NCBI GenBank assembly: GCA_013239625.1 | Contig: MU053513.1 | Location: 3,212,927-3,276,926 of the forward strand | Direction: 5' to 3' | Source: Lama guanicoe | Lineage: Eukaryota | Length of the DNA: 64,000 nt | Shown: one piece after another, positions 1 to 14,029 of the stretch | How positions within the stretch are numbered: position 1 is the first letter of the stretch | Layout: the number at the start of each line of letters is the position of its first letter | The notes under the pieces: generated by a model | Databases searched by the model: none | Seen by the model: the letters and a program-made list of their open reading frames with translations, nothing else | What the model was told of the DNA's origin: nothing | Made by a program: the position numbers and the translations under genes

Positions 1-473
1 TAACTCAGTGGTTATCAAATTGTGGTTCAGTAGAGTTCAAGAATGGTGCCTGCCACACAGGTGGAGGTGGAGAGAAAAAACGAAGACCAGCAGGGGGCGC
101 TCTGGGCCTCCTTCCCTAATCAGAATAAATTCTCTGATCTGTTTTATACATCAGAGATGCTTAGAGGATTTAACAAAAGGGTATGTTTAAAAAACTTAAT
201 CAAAGCCCTAATACATGTTGGAAAATTTTAATTTTGTCTCTGTAAATATAAAATTAATCTGATGTTTATTTTTAAAACTTGGGGCAGAATGTGAGGCAAA
301 AATCAGATTTGATGAAACTCCAAGTGCAAAGATAATGTAAAAAAATGAGTAAATTAGTGATTTTTAGTTTCTACATAATGCTTCAAGTTGAGATACATAA
401 TACTTGGATTACCCAAAGTTAGAATTTCCAACTTCATCTCCACTGAGGATGACCTCAATGACAAAGTCACTCA

Positions 474-499
474 GCACACTTGGCACACTTGGCACACTT
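474..499 (+). repeat. 9-bp tandem repeat (GCACACTTG) x~3
   Basis: gcacacttg-gcacacttg-gcacactt read directly. Confidence 0.9.
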
Positions 500-1194
500 C
501 TGAGAGTCTTTATTCAGGCCTATCTGGAGGACTGATAAAGGATGTGCTGGGGTTTTGAACTCTGAATCACTGATTATCAATCTTTGTGGATGCTTTGGGA
601 ACAAAATCAAGATGGATGAATCTTCCAGTGCGTGGGTGGGGGTGGGGGGAATTACAAGAATTAAAACACACTGAAAAAGCCAGTGTCCTTGCTCTGAAGG
701 ATTTTTCTGCAAAATATATTGGTAGAGACTTATCATTTTCAGTGGAGCGTAACATTCGAGCCTGTCAGTGTTGACAGTCTGCTCAACGCGAGCCTTGTTA
801 GCATGTGCTATTGGCAAGACGATGAACATACAGTCCCACGATTACAAGCCCAGACAGACTGCTACAAACTTGGAGAAACAGAAATTGCTTTGACATCAGT
901 GACTCAGTATCTCAAATAGCTCCAGTGTCTGTGCTCCAGAGGAAACTCCTTACTTACTCAGTCAACTTGGCTCCAACCCATCCTATGGTGAAAAAATCCA
1001 CAAGAGGAAACATACCCTCCAGCCAGGCAAATCTACTCCAAGTTTTTTAATCACTCCTAAACCTTTACCCTCCTTAAATACCACTCCTGAAATGTCTCTC
1101 TGCTTCTATACAAATCATCTTCATTCTTCAAGAACTAAACCAAACTCTTTGTGCTTTTTAATCAGCTCTATCTAATGTAATTTCTCTATTCTCC

Positions 1195-1330
1195 AAATTC
1201 ATTCATTCATTCAAATATTTACTGAGCATCTACTATATATTAGACACTGTTATTGGTGCCGTGGATAGAGCAGTAAGTGAGACACACAAGTTCCCACTTA
1301 TTAAGCTTAAAATCCTAGTGGGGAAGACCA
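1195..1330 (-). mobile_element. LINE-2 3' end fragment
   Basis: ttcattcattcaaatatttactgagcatctacta...gacactgt matches the recalled L2 3' terminus in antisense. Confidence 0.65.
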
Positions 1331-1385
1331 TGGGGAACAACAACAACAAAAATTATGCGTATATATAAAACACATAAAATTTTTG

Positions 1386-1427
1386 TCTCTCTCTCTCTGT
1401 ATATACATATATACATACACACACATA
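1386..1427. repeat. compound (TC)n/(TA)n/(CA)n microsatellite
   Basis: read directly. Confidence 0.85.
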
Positions 1428-1564
1428 TTTATATTTTTATGACTCCAAGAAATAGTGCTATGTGGAAATATAAAGGATAAGGGAGTCTCTAATATCTACT
1501 GTCTATGACACTCATTTTTGATATAACATCTTGCATTCTGATTGATATTTTAATCTGAAATAAT

Positions 1565-1680
1565 TTTGCAAGCGGCTTAAGGGAGAGATGTACTATCTTT
1601 GTATCCTACGTAATGCCTAGCTCAGATCAGGCAACAGATGGCCAATAAATATTTGTTGATATTTTCTTGATTAAATGAAA
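1565..1680 (+). mobile_element. LINE-2 3' end fragment
   Basis: ctttgtatcc...aatgcctagctcag...caataaatatttgttga. Confidence 0.5.
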
Positions 1681-2409
1681 TCCATTTGCTGACATCATGG
1701 AGGGGGATTTTGACTTGATGCTGTCTAATGGGCTGGCTTAGTCCCTACATAAAGACCAGAAGCTTCGGGAATGGTTTGCAGCTGTCACAATGACAGATGC
1801 TAATTTAAGTCACAGATATTTTGTTTTGAATTGTGCACAGGTTTCATCTATGCAATATTTATTGTAGTGACACTGTGGTGGTTCTTAAGCTTTAATGTTC
1901 GTATTTTCTCCATTTTCTAGTATAGTTTTCAATCTATATATCTTTATTCTTTTTGAAATGAAGATTGTAACTATTTAATTACATTGATCACTTTAATTTA
2001 TATAAATTTAAGAATTTTTTATACAAATCATGGGAAAAAATAACACGGAGTGAAATAGCATTCTGTGGAGGTTCTTTTTCTGTAGCACCTTCAGTGTCCT
2101 CACATAACCAGAATCTGAAAGGCATGTTTTTTATGCCATTCTTTGCTCTGTGAATAAGTTATGTTTATAGTAAGTCAGTTTGTTAAAGATTTTTGGCGTG
2201 TCCACAGCCACGAGACTGACCTGGATGAAGAGCGTGGAAATGCAGGCAATGACGAAATTCTGCACTTGCCCTGGGATGTAGGGATCAGCCGGATTCTTAA
2301 TGTACTAACTTTCTTATCAGCAGCTTTCATTTCTTTTCATCTTATTATGATTCAGAAAGCAGAGCACCCCTCCAGGATGCCCTTCATCTTGTGGTTGTTG
2401 TAAACAGAA

Positions 2410-2625
2410 TGTGTATTCTAGAGTCAGACAACCCTGGATTCAGATCGTAATTCTGCTACTCATGTGCCAGGTGACCATCTTTCTGAGTCTCAGTTTCCTC
2501 ACTGTAAAATGGACGTAATGATAACCACCTCTTAAGAGTTGCAATGCGGATTAAATGAGATAAGGTGCATATTAAATGTCTTGTGCATGAGACTCAATAT
2601 ATTATCACTATTTTCATCATTATTT
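2410..2625 (+). mobile_element. MIR SINE
   Basis: gagtcagac...ctgagtctcagtttcctcactgtaaaatgg...ggattaaatgagataa MIR core. Confidence 0.75.
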
Positions 2626-2679
2626 CTCACTTGCAATAACTTTGTGCCATTGAAATAGGTCACTTTGTGACCATTGAAA

Positions 2680-3400
2680 TAGAAATATGAACAAGACAGC
2701 TTCTAAGACTTTAAGAAACTCATAGTCTAGATGGGGAGAGAGAAACATAAGTAGACAATTCCAACTAGTGAATGGGCAGAAAATACTGATAATGCGTGCA
2801 AGGACAGAGACATGCCCAGGGTAGTGTGGGAGCTCGGAGGAAGAGTATCCAACTCATGAGGCGGGAGGAGGCTTCCTAATGGGTATCACATAGTTGGTCT
2901 TAAAGGGTAAATGGGATTCAGCAAGAGGGAGAATGGAAGAGTGGTCCAGGTACAGGGAACAGCATCAGCAAAGGCATGGAAGCAAGACACAATAGCGTGC
3001 TCAGGGAGCAGCAAGCCATTCAGTGCTGTTGCCCGCAAAGTCTAAGGCACAGGGTGGTGAATGTGGAGAGAGGAGGCTAGAGGCAAGCAGCTCATGGAGG
3101 TATGTCATGGCAAGGATTTTGAATTTCATCCTGTAGAAAACTGGTAGAAAATGCAATGAGAGCATTTAAATAAATAATTGACATAGTGATATTTGAATAA
3201 AATATATCTCACTGGTGGCTTTGTGGAAAAGGGATTGGATGAAGATGTGAGGAAGTGAAGAAAGACTTAAGTAAGAGCCTAAACTAGGGCATGGTTGTAG
3301 GGAGGGATTTAAGAATTAAGAGGGAATGAGGCAAAGCTTGCTACAGAGAGGAAGAAATCAAGGAGAACACACAGGTTTCTACCTAGGGGTAGAAGTGGAA
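2680..3400 (-). mobile_element. LINE-2 fragment
   Basis: atgaacaagacag...ctcatagtctagatgggg...gggaacagcatcagcaaaggcatgga typical antisense L2. Confidence 0.6.
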
Positions 3401-5753
3401 TGTGTTCAGAAGGTCCAAGGAACCTGAGGCCCCAGTGGGTGTTGATACATCTACCCTCCAAGCCCCTGAAACACCCTATGATTATGGTAGAGGTTGGCGT
3501 AGAGAGTGATGGTGAAAACTAGAGACTTCGGTGAATTAGTCACAATGACATTCCAACACTATTACAGACAGCAGTTGCTAATAGGCTGTAATATAGCTTG
3601 GTGGTTGGTGTCAACCTCCCTAAAAGTATGAGTTTTATACAAGAGGAGAAACATGCTCGTGGCAGTGGGGTGCTTGGGGACCCCAACCCTCCACCTGCGG
3701 TGTGTGTCCTTGGGGAGAACAGTAGCCCCACCGAACAGGGCTGGAGGGACAATCGTGCACTGAGGGGAGAACCAGGGTCCAGCCAAGACCTAAGGGAACG
3801 CAGCATTTTGTGACGAGAGCTTAAAGATGAAGGAGTTTGGTAGCAGTGGTACAAGATTTCCCCTCACCCTTAGATCTATCAATTCCCATACCATCTTCAG
3901 TCATGCCGATATTAAGTGCTCTCTAATTTATTATCTCTTCCTCCCTTAACAGAGTGGGCTATTAACTATTCTGACCTCAGCCGCCACATGCTCCTCTTCA
4001 CTGATACAGTGATCAATGCCCATAATATATCTTTCTCCTGAGAAGTTTCAAGCACCTCAGAACTCATCACAGTGGATGAGCAGCTTAAATCGTTTGCTCC
4101 TTGGAGCCTCAATGGGATGAAGAGAGCAAGTGTCAAGGGTCTGCGGTCTTGATTGACTCTCCTCCTGGCACCACGTGCAGTGCGGGGACCCTCAGGGATT
4201 TGCCTTTAACAGTCGCCTGAAGAGGGGGTTACTCAGTGCGTCTGACCTCCCCTCACCAAACAGGACCAGACTGGCTGGGTCTTTCTAAGGATTTCCATTA
4301 CCTTGCAACAGACTCATTAACAGTTCTGAACTTCTGACTTTAAAATCCATTTTCACTGAGCATGGATATGAATGCTCTAACTCAGCGAATACAATATTTA
4401 GAGGATTAGATACTTGTAGATGCCAACAAGAGGTTATGTAAATCGAAGGAGAAGTTCTCCTACCCTTGAATATATGTAAATTCAAAGCCATTAATATATA
4501 TCTGTAAAAACACTGAGTTCTCTTTATCCTCTTAGGGCTGGAAATGCTACCCTTTTTGGTCTTCTAACAATGTCAACACTAACAGATGTGTCTACTGACA
4601 TGTGTTCCTCGAATATAGAGGTTACCAAACGCACCCGTGGTATGGGATTCAGGCTATTTATTAAACACTACCTTCAGCTATACTGAGAAAGCAAAAACGT
4701 GCACAAAATGCTTTTAAGAAAACTCTTTCCAGATAGTACATAAAAAGACAAAGAAAAATCCAACGTTTTGACTGTAGGCTTATCGTTCTCACAAAATAAC
4801 TGGGCATGGCATTCATTCCTCTACCTTCTGACTCCCTTCTTGGCTGTGCTCACCAATAAAGAACTAACTCCAGGTACAAACCTAAGAGACTCCTTGACGC
4901 GTACCCTGTAACAGTGACCATCCCGCCTCCTCTGGTCGGTGAACTTATTTTGACCAAGAGTGGCCTCTCCAACCTCGCAGAAGTGGAAATGAAAAGAGCG
5001 CTAGCATCCACAGCAGCCTACTGATAGAGCGGCTGTGCAACAAACACTGCAGGAATGAGGGTGCTGCCTGCTTTTTAGGAAGCTAGGTTGGCACAGAATA
5101 AGCTTTCCATGGATATATTTCTGGCTGTTTTGAATCCATTTTAGGGCAAAAGTGTGCGAGACCAGAAGTAAGAAACGGAGAAAATCTTACATAACAGCAG
5201 TTTCCAGGATACAGCCACTTCTTGGTAGAAAATAAGAGAGAAGACACTGACAGCTTATTTAAGCGGAATTCTCAAGTGAGGTTCTGTGAACAAGGATTTG
5301 ATGGAACCTGTGCTAAAAGCATCTGCAAACAGGAAGAAATGGTTTGCGTTTTTGCTTTTGTCTTTTAAAGTTGCGATTTTGCTTTCCAAAGGCTCCCTGG
5401 CACCCCTGATGCCTGAACACAAGTTTGTGAATGCTCATACTCATTTGAGAATATGTGGACATTTACATTTCAATAACATTTTGCAAGATTAATTTTGGTT
5501 GTTCCACTGCTGTGTGCATTGCAAAGAGCTTTATATCGTCCCAGAATTATCATGGATTTTACAATATGTAGTTATGTCTAAAGGCTGCAGATTCAGCCTG
5601 AATTTCAGCAACCTACAAACTCTGTAGACTTGAAAAGTCCCAATGAGAACCAAGTGTCCATGGTCTTTCAATTCAGGCATAGAAAAGTGACAGGTAACCA
5701 GTTTTCCCACCTTGGCCAACCAAACATGGCCAGGTTGGAGATGGTATGTAAAC

Positions 5754-6276
5754 TGTTGAAACCAAGTTCCCCTAAAACCCACAACTGAGTTTATGATTAA
5801 TCTCTCTATCCACCACTTCCTCCCTTTCTTGTCCCCTCTGACCTCTATCCTGGGCGAACTGAACACTAGTCAACCAGAATCAGACGACTAAAATCACTGT
5901 TGTCGATAACCATGTTAATGCACCAAAATTGCTGTTACCTATATCATCGTTAACGTACAAACACCGTTAATGTTTCTTCAGAGCAAAATGAGCGAACAGA
6001 CCCCTGAGTCACGGACCACCTGGCCAGAGAATTGTAAAACAGAGACATCCTGATACCCTACAAGTAAGAAATGTCACAAGATGGTGATTAATCTCAGCTC
6101 CTTTGTTGTTCCCCTTTAAAACCCTGCTAACTCAAAGACCAAGTTGGAGTGAATCTGAGACTTGACTCCCACTCCCTTGCTGGCATCCTGCAATGAGCTC
6201 TCACTTTGCTGCAGGCACCTGCTGCCAGAGTTTGGCTTTCCGTGTGGTGGGGACACTAGCCTTTGCTCAGCTATAC
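5754..6276 (+). mobile_element. ERV solo-LTR-like element (boundaries approximate)
   Basis: TG start, TATA-like ccctttaaaa (~6112), U5-like gagtttggctttcc...ctagcctttgctcag end; no clean TSD seen. Confidence 0.5.
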
Positions 6277-8502
6277 TGCGGTAGTTACGGAATGAAGCAT
6301 CAATTTTCTCTCCCTCGCTAGAGTTAAATTTACTTATTGATGTTGAAGGCTTACCTTCTCAAAACATAAAGGACTGGTTGGCCTTTATGTTATTTAATTT
6401 TAATTAAGCACGACAATGTTTACTAGCTGTCTTCTGCATGCCGAGCAAAGTACAAGGTACAAAGCACATGCCAATGAGTTAGACTAAAATAATCCACCAA
6501 GATGACAATCCATGAGACATTAATAGTCGAGGGAAAAAAATACGTAGGGTATTCAAAATAGAATGCCAAATAATATTTTAGTTCTAAAATTTTTTTAATG
6601 TATGTGAAAAAATACTATGCAATTTTATAATCGTTTTCATGATTATGCGTGATCCACTTTTAAGAAATGGTACCCTGTACCCAAGAACAGCTGGGGATCC
6701 TGGGGGAGATCCACTGCTGCCAGATGTGGGGTCTCCATGTAGATGCAGAGACACATTCACCATCAAAAACACCGAAATGTCTGCTCTAAACTGGCTACTT
6801 GCTGGTCTCTGTATGCCAGTTGTCTTCAAATTTTCTTGCTTATGTGTCCCCCAACATAAGTATAAAAAACTAAATACACCTTTATGTATTCTTAGATTTT
6901 TATCTTAAATGTTTCCATAGTAGTTTAAAACGTTGCAAAGACAATTTCTAGCATATTATAAATATCAAGTGTTTCATTATGTTTTTAAACAAACACAATG
7001 GAATCTAAGTACCATAGTGTTTGATTCCCACCACTATCTGTTTAAAAGATACATGAAAATAATCTTTGACAGTTGGACACTTTACACAATAGTTTTTCTC
7101 CTTGTGAAGTTTTTCCATCCTGCTTCCCTCACATAATTTTATCCTAAGGTAATACTATGCTATGCTTGAAAATAATTTATTGATCACCCTATTTCTCTGC
7201 TACAAATGTATTTCTAAACTGAAATTTATAAGAAAGAAACTGCTTCTTTTGTAAACATAAAGCTCTAGGTGTTCAATTATTTTTCACTATTGTGTTGCTC
7301 TTAGAATTATTAGTTGTACATGATGGATTAAGGCAACATAACTACGTTTCCAATTTTGGAAAGTAATCATTAGACAAAACAAGTAAAACGTTACTGGGTA
7401 GGCAATACCTTTTTTCACAACAATTCATGTAAGCTTGGATGAAGATTATTTAATGCTGAAATGAAACAGGGTTCAACGTCAGTTCAAATCTATTAATCTT
7501 TCAATGCATTTAGGTGCTGAGGAATCACTGGATGGAATTGGACAGGGTTCTGATATAACAGAGTTACTCAGTTTTTGACCTTCTAAGTTAGATGCCAAAA
7601 ATCACACAGTAATCGATCATCAGAAATTATTCTTTTCATGATCTTTCATCTGACAACTCAAAGGAATCCTCTTTGGTTTTGTTGATAACAAGGAATTGGA
7701 GATAGTCTGACATAAGAGGGTGTGTTACTGCCGCATCGCAGCCATTCACTCTTCAGTTCCTGGGAAGTCAAGCTAACCACAAAAGCTTCACAGAGACTTA
7801 TCAAGTAATCATTCAATATTAATTAAATTCATTATAGTCTTTCACTTCCACAAGAGGCACCTTGTTTGTAAATTTAAAATTAGCTGAAACTGGAACTTGC
7901 ACTTTTTAGGCTTTTTTCCCCATTGCCTATGAACAAAGACTTGTATCTTCCTGCTAAACTTTCATTTATAAGACATATCAAAGCAACTTTAAAAAGGCAC
8001 GGTAAATAGGTAGACAAACACTTGATATTAATTTATAAAAATAGATTATACTATTTTCATTTCATAGTTGAAGATTATTAAATTTATAGTTAGGAATCTG
8101 ACAAAATTGGAACAGCATATCAATATCTGAGAGGGGAAGACACTGATCCTATTTAAGTGAAGTTAGTTTTCTAAAGTCCAGTGCATTTCATGATAGATTG
8201 CATTTGAGGACCATTTCATTCTGTACTGAGAAATTAACATCCAGCAGTAGTAAGGGCTTGGTTTAAAAGTTAATATGGGTATATAATAATTGTTGTTAAG
8301 TGCATTCTTTGCAGTAGAACCCACACATATTCTGGTTAAATTAATCTATATTGTATAAAGAGATAGAAATAAAATAAATTTTCAGAAAGAAGATTAAAAG
8401 ATGACAGTGAGTCGGAGACTTACTCCCAAGTTTTTAAAAATATATATATTTATAACATTCAATTATTTTTGGCAAAAAGTCATGAAATTATTTTCCCTAC
8501 AG

Positions 8503-8702
8503 TTCTAAAAAAATGTTTAAGAAACACCTGTTTCATTTTCACAAAGATGCAATGTAGACCTGTTGAAAGTCAATGTGGACATTTGTACTTCCTCCTCTTT
8601 GAAATCATACAAAATGCATGACCAAATAAAAGCACTCTCTTGTCCTTTTTTCATTATTGACAATGGTGAATATGCCAGAATGATGTGCTTCAAAATCAAT
8701 GA
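8503..8702 (+). ncRNA. candidate internal exon (200 nt) of an unannotated plus-strand transcript
   Basis: strong acceptor ttattttccctacAG (8501-8502) and consensus donor GA|GTAAGT (8703); no frame is open end to end. Confidence 0.33.
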
Positions 8703-8763
8703 GTAAGTGTTCACCAGCATTCTTGTTACGAATCTTAATGATCTTAAGATAAATTGGTGAATG

Positions 8764-9327
8764 TGTATGTCAGGGTCCAGTCAAGAAAACAAAAGCGGCA
8801 GAAGGCATTTTTAACATCATATTACTACAGGGAATTGGTTTACCAGATGGTGGGAAGCTGAATGGCCCAAAAGGGTCACCAGGGTAACTCCGATACACAA
8901 CAGCATGAGCACCTGCCACCCAGGGAAGAGGTTGGAATTATCAGAGCCCAGAAGCTCAGAGAAAGAGTCCTGCAGAGCTGGGGCGCAGACCTTTGAGGAA
9001 AGGCATGACCCGGCTGCTGCTAACATTCTGAGAACATGCCCAGCGGCTGCTTCTGAGGATGCCAAGAGAGACTGGACACCAGAACCGACTGCTGCTGGCA
9101 GACGAAGGCCATCACTGGGGTGATGCTGAGGGAAACAACAAGAAAACAGGGAGGAGAAAGGCCCTTCCTTCCTCCATTCTTGCAGACTCCCTAGGCTGTT
9201 CCTGTTGGCAGACCCTTACAGGAAGCCAGCTGGCAAAGGAGAAAGAGTCTGCAGAATCCCAGCCCCATCCCGCCCCACAGAGTAATGTGTGGAAGGGGAG
9301 ACTTGCAGCTGAGCGGTAATACCTACA
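8764..9327 (-). mobile_element. MaLR/ERVL-type LTR (old MLT-like)
   Basis: tgtatgtcagggtccagtcaagaaaac...cagggaattggtttac resembles an antisense MLT terminus; explains the overlapping ORFs 8817-9452. Confidence 0.55.
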
Positions 9328-9374
9328 TAAGGCTGAGTGAAACCTGAGCTGGAGATAATGGGGGCTGCCTGTTC

Positions 9375-9472
9375 ATCTAGGAGGTGGGCACCCGGGTTTT
9401 GCTTTTTCCCGACTCTTGCATCCCAATGCCTGGAACAGAGTCTAGCACTCAATATTTGTTGAATGAATGAAA
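9375..9472 (+). mobile_element. LINE-2 3' end
   Basis: cccaatgcctggaacagag...ctcaatatttgttgaatgaatgaa. Confidence 0.65.
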
Positions 9473-10278
9473 TTCAAACCTAGATCTCGATTGCAAAGTC
9501 CACGGTATTAACTGTCTTTATTATGGTTACAACATCCACTGCCTTTAAGGGGGAATAATCCAAAGAAATCTCTTTCCACTTTATAAGTCTGCCTGTAAGT
9601 GTTCTTGGCAGCCTATTTTATTAACGTCTCCAGTGCTACCAGAGTGAACCAGAAAGAACTGATAAAACATCAGCAGTGACTAATGACTTTCACAACATAG
9701 AACAGAATTTTACCTGGCGACCAAGCTGACATAAAATCTTCACACACAGAGACAGTACAGGTTTTATTTTGTGTTAAACTGAACTACAAATACCACAAAG
9801 TGATAACTGCTCCAAGGATCTCAGGAATGTCTCAGACATGCTTTTTTTCCTAAAGAGACCAAACTATGTACATCACTTTCTATTCAAACCTATAAAAACT
9901 GAAATGACCTCAGTGCCAAAAAACAAGTTGTTATAAATGAGTTGTGGCCCCTTAAGCCCATAGATTCCTAGATTCGCAAATTCACGCTTTGCTCTTGAGA
10001 ATGCATCACTCCACCCCTCTGTCTGCCCTGAGTCAGGCTCCTAGCACAACAGGCAGCCTCTGCTCTTCAAAGCCAGGAGACATCAGTGCCATTCTCGTTT
10101 GCATTTTCAAAAAGAAAAAGAAGAAGGGGAAGCTTTTCATATTTAAAAAAAATCTAATTAATTCCACACAACGTTGTGATAATCCACTGGGGTACACCCT
10201 TTCGAATTGCAAGCATGTAGGCATTTAGACTTTTTTCCACCAGCCCTGATGGGCTTAACTAACCTTTCTCAATGGTGT

Positions 10279-10280
<2 letters not shown>

Positions 10281-10321
<41 letters not shown>
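10281..10321 (+). repeat. (CA)20 microsatellite
   Basis: perfect CA run read directly. Confidence 0.98.
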
Positions 10322-10323
<2 letters not shown>

Positions 10324-11410
10324 CAGTTACCAGCCCATGCCCGCAACAGGAGTAAGCAGGTCACTGTAACCTTGGGCCATCTTTCACCCAGCACAGAACT
10401 TTGAAGCTACTTTACTTTTACCATCAGTTGGGTTTGTGTTCTATAAGGCTGTGTGGGACTCTGGAGTTTCTTTGGAAACTTGTGCCTGGTCTTCAACCCT
10501 GTTCTGATGTCTCTCACATCACCTTGAAGTTCAAGGGCATGTAATAATGTTGTGGATTCCCAAGGCTCCTATGCGCAAATGTCAAACATTAATGTAGTTT
10601 TGCTTTAGAATGTTGTTTATTGATTCAGTGTATTTTTCTGGGTTTTGTGTCTGATGCTCAGTTTGGAGGTGAGTTTTGCCCTTTCCTCTCACTTGTAGGC
10701 TTGTCTGATCGTATTCCCTTTCTGATCCTGGTGAATGAGCCACTGGGTTACTTTACACTCAGTCACATTCACCCACAGTGGATTTTATGACAGTTATGGT
10801 GTTAAAGCCAGAGTCTCACTTGGAGAAACGAAGTATTGGCATCTGAGTTGGAAAAGCGTAGGCGGAGGTTGTTTTTGTACAGTATGGAGTAATACTAGAC
10901 CAACATATGGCTTTTGACTGTCGGTGTCTCCGCCTTTGGGGCCCGCCTGTGGGGAGGGTCTCAGGCACACCACTTGGAACTGGTGGCTGAAGCAAAGTTG
11001 CCTTGTTAGATCAGAATGGGTAACGGGTATTTGGAGCCACTGAGCAGGCAATTTTTACCATTAGTCTCCTACCCCACAGCATATACCCTTTTTCATTATC
11101 TCTTTCTTCTCCTCCTTCTACCGCTGTTTCTTTATCTTTTTCCTTCTCCTTCTTTGTTCTGCTTTCTCTGAATCTTAGCTGTTTCACGCCTAACCCTGTT
11201 AATGTTACATGGATTTAAAAGGTTGTGGATCCCCAATTCAAAACAATCTTTAGACTGTGGTCTGGTTTTCCATATGCCTCCAATGCAGGTAATCACACAC
11301 AGGTGATAAAGGAATTTTACAGTGGCTCCGTCATCTAACTCATGAGATTGATGCTAATATCTCTTTTAGACAGAGTTGCAGTCTTACCACCAAGATTGCT
11401 TTCCTTTAGG

Positions 11411-11838
11411 TTAGCAGCTCTCAAGGAATCCTGGGGATCACTGAAATGCTTTCAGGGACTCTGTGAGGTCAATATTTTAAATACAATAATACTGAGACTT
11501 TATTGGCCTTTTTCACCCTATCCTTTTAGACGAGTGCAGTGAAGTTTTCCAGAGGCTACCTGATGTGTGATACCACAACAGACCGAATGCAGAAGCAGAT
11601 ATGAGAATCCAGTTGTCTTATCTTCTGTTAAGTGACATTAAAGAAATTTTTTAAATGTAAAGCAATGGCATTATTCAAAGTGTCTTCCATTGTGGAGAAT
11701 ATAATTTTCACCAAAAAAATAGGTTAGTTCTGATAACATGTGATCTAATCAATCCACATAAACAAAAGATTCTCTGGGGTCCTCAGTAATTTTTACGAGT
11801 ATATACACTTCGCAGATCAAAAAGTCTGAGAACCACTA
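11411..11838. mobile_element. hAT-Charlie non-autonomous DNA transposon
   Basis: degenerate TIRs (tagcagctctcaa ... tgagaaccacta) and Charlie-like internal gttttccagaggctac...gaatgcagaagcagatatgagaatccag. Confidence 0.7.
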
Positions 11839-11974
11839 TGTTAGACCACAGCCTAAGCAGACAAGTATCAGTCTTCATTTTAGAGTAACTTCCGTAAAGT
11901 GCAGACTCTGTGGGAGAGTTTTAACAGGTCAGAATAAATTCTGATAGCTTGAATTGCTAGCTATGTTAAGAATC

Positions 11975-12640
11975 CAACCACAGCTCACCACCCTCATGGC
12001 CTATACTCTAGTCCACCTCTACTGGACATATTTTCTCCAAGTGCGTCTCATTGCATCCACTTGTGCCCCTCTACAATCCATTCTGAATATCTCAACCAGG
12101 GTGACCTCATAAAAATGCATATCTGATCATGTCTCCCCCTTACCCAACCCTTCACTGTCTTCTCATCACACTAAATATAAGCCTTGGCAGGCCTGCAAGA
12201 TCCCGTGTGATCCGGTCCTGCCAATCCCAGCCTCCTCTCCAGTTACTCCTTGCTGGTCACATTGGCCTTCTTGCCGTTCCTGAGATAAGCCTGATTTGTT
12301 CTTATCTCAGGGCCTCTACCCATGTTTGCTCTGCTTGGAGGGTTCTTGCTTCAGATATCTGCACGGCTCCACTTGCCCCTTTGTCATCTCCTCCGAGTTC
12401 TCTAAAATCTTTTAAAAACCATCCCTCTCCATCTTCTTTATCCCCTATGTCCTTCTTTCTTTCTTTCTTTCTTAGCATTTCACTGACATTATATTATACA
12501 TTCTTTGTATATTGTCAGTCTTTCCAGCTAGAGTGAAACCTCCAGGAAGGCAGAGACTCTGACTAGCCTGTTTATCACAGTATATCCAGTGCCTGGTACA
12601 ACGCTTGGCACTGAGTAGATGCTCACACATTTGTTGGCGA
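11975..12640 (+). mobile_element. LINE-2 (L2a-like) 3' region
   Basis: tctgatcatgtctcccc...aaacctccaggaaggcagagac...cagtgcctggtacaacgcttggcactgagtagatgctca; accounts for ORF 12129-12536. Confidence 0.8.
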
Positions 12641-13199
12641 CGTGAGACCTAAATGCCCTATACCAATACAGCCATGTAGTAACTCAACTTGTGCTACGTA
12701 TTGAGCTCTACGCTAGGTACTAGGACATGGAGGTGAATAAAACACAGCCCGAAGCCTGTATTATAAATCAGAACGACATTTAGAAGAGAGGTACAGGTAA
12801 GGCGTATGGAGAGAAGTACAAAGGAGAAAATGATGAATTACCACTGTGAGATTCAAGGAAAGCTTCATGATGGAAGGAATAACTGAAAATGTCTAGTAAT
12901 GCTGATTTCAGTTTTATCTTGTTTGGCCTTTGCTAAATAATCTTTTCAGATTGTTGTAATCCTAACTGCAACCATTCAAGGCTTTCGTCTTAAGACATCC
13001 AGAGGATCTGCTGGTTCATTCCTGCTACAAGAGTCAAATGACAGAAGCAAAGGGAGGAAGCTAATTTTTACTAAAAGAAAAGAAAGAAAAGAAAAAAAAA
13101 AACCCCGACGAACAGTGACTACTCTGGCCCCTGCTGCCGAGGAGTCTCGAGGCCTTTGGCCCCAGTCACTTAGTCCAGATGGTTTTTACCTTGGAGACA

Positions 13200-13370
13200 A
13201 AAAACCATGACGCAATTTCACAAGCTCTGATCTGGTGTCAGGAAAACCCACAAGATCTAATCAACATTTTATAAGAGTCATTTAACCAGATCAATGTGCT
13301 ATGAAAATTCCCATGAGCATAAAAAGAAGTGGAAACTAAATATTTCAGCACACATTGTTCACTTCCACAC
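13200..13370. promoter_or_regulatory. candidate enhancer (C/EBP-ATF, kB-like and ETS/IRF-like motifs)
   Basis: TGACGCAAT 13208-13216; AGGAAAACCC 13240-13249; GAAAATTCCC 13303-13312; TTCACTTCC 13358-13366, in sequence not recognised as repeat. Confidence 0.3.
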
Positions 13371-14029
13371 TTTTGCTAGAATGAGGACCGAGAATTTGAA
13401 AGATTAACAAAGAGAGGCACCTGGAGTCAGAGGGACAGAGGGACAAGGGAGGGAGACAAAGAGGGAGAGACGGAAAGGAAGATGGGGAGAAAGTGAGGGA
13501 GAGAGAGCACAAAAGATACAACCTTTATGGAGACTTACTAATGTTTGAAAAAAATAGAAGTTTTTTTGTAATGAATAGCCTCAAATATCACATAAATCCA
13601 TGTCACCTCTAAATCCTGAATGACTTTTTGATGTCATCCGCCTCTGACTAGAGGTGAAGTGATTCTAGTGTCTCAGTGGTATCTCATAATGGGGAGCTTT
13701 CAGTGACTGCCCCTTTCCCAGTGTGTACAGATTTTCCATACTGCACCCAAATCTCTGGAGCCAGTCATAACCTTGATCTTTATTTCCAAGTCCTGTGGAA
13801 TAAGATATTTTAAAACCAGTAATACCTCATCAGACCTCATGCATCAGTACCATCCAGTGGGGGTCTGGTTCCTGGACTACAAGTCCTACCACATCAGAAA
13901 CTAATTATAACTGAACATGTTTTGTGAGTGAACACTAGATCATGTTTAAACACTAGGTGACTCATTTCTGGGTATTACTGTTCTCTCTGAAATTCCACAT
14001 ATTGCAGTTTAAAAATTCTGCACACTGAG

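Noticed and set aside
8540..8740. Antisense translation faintly like a Gypsy integrase zinc-finger (EAHHSG...RECFY)
   Set aside because: Needs a frameshift, lacks the CxxC pair, and has no neighbouring pol sequence; too weak without an HMM search.
12129..12536. 135-aa ORF
   Set aside because: Lies wholly within an L2 3' region; no protein-like signal.
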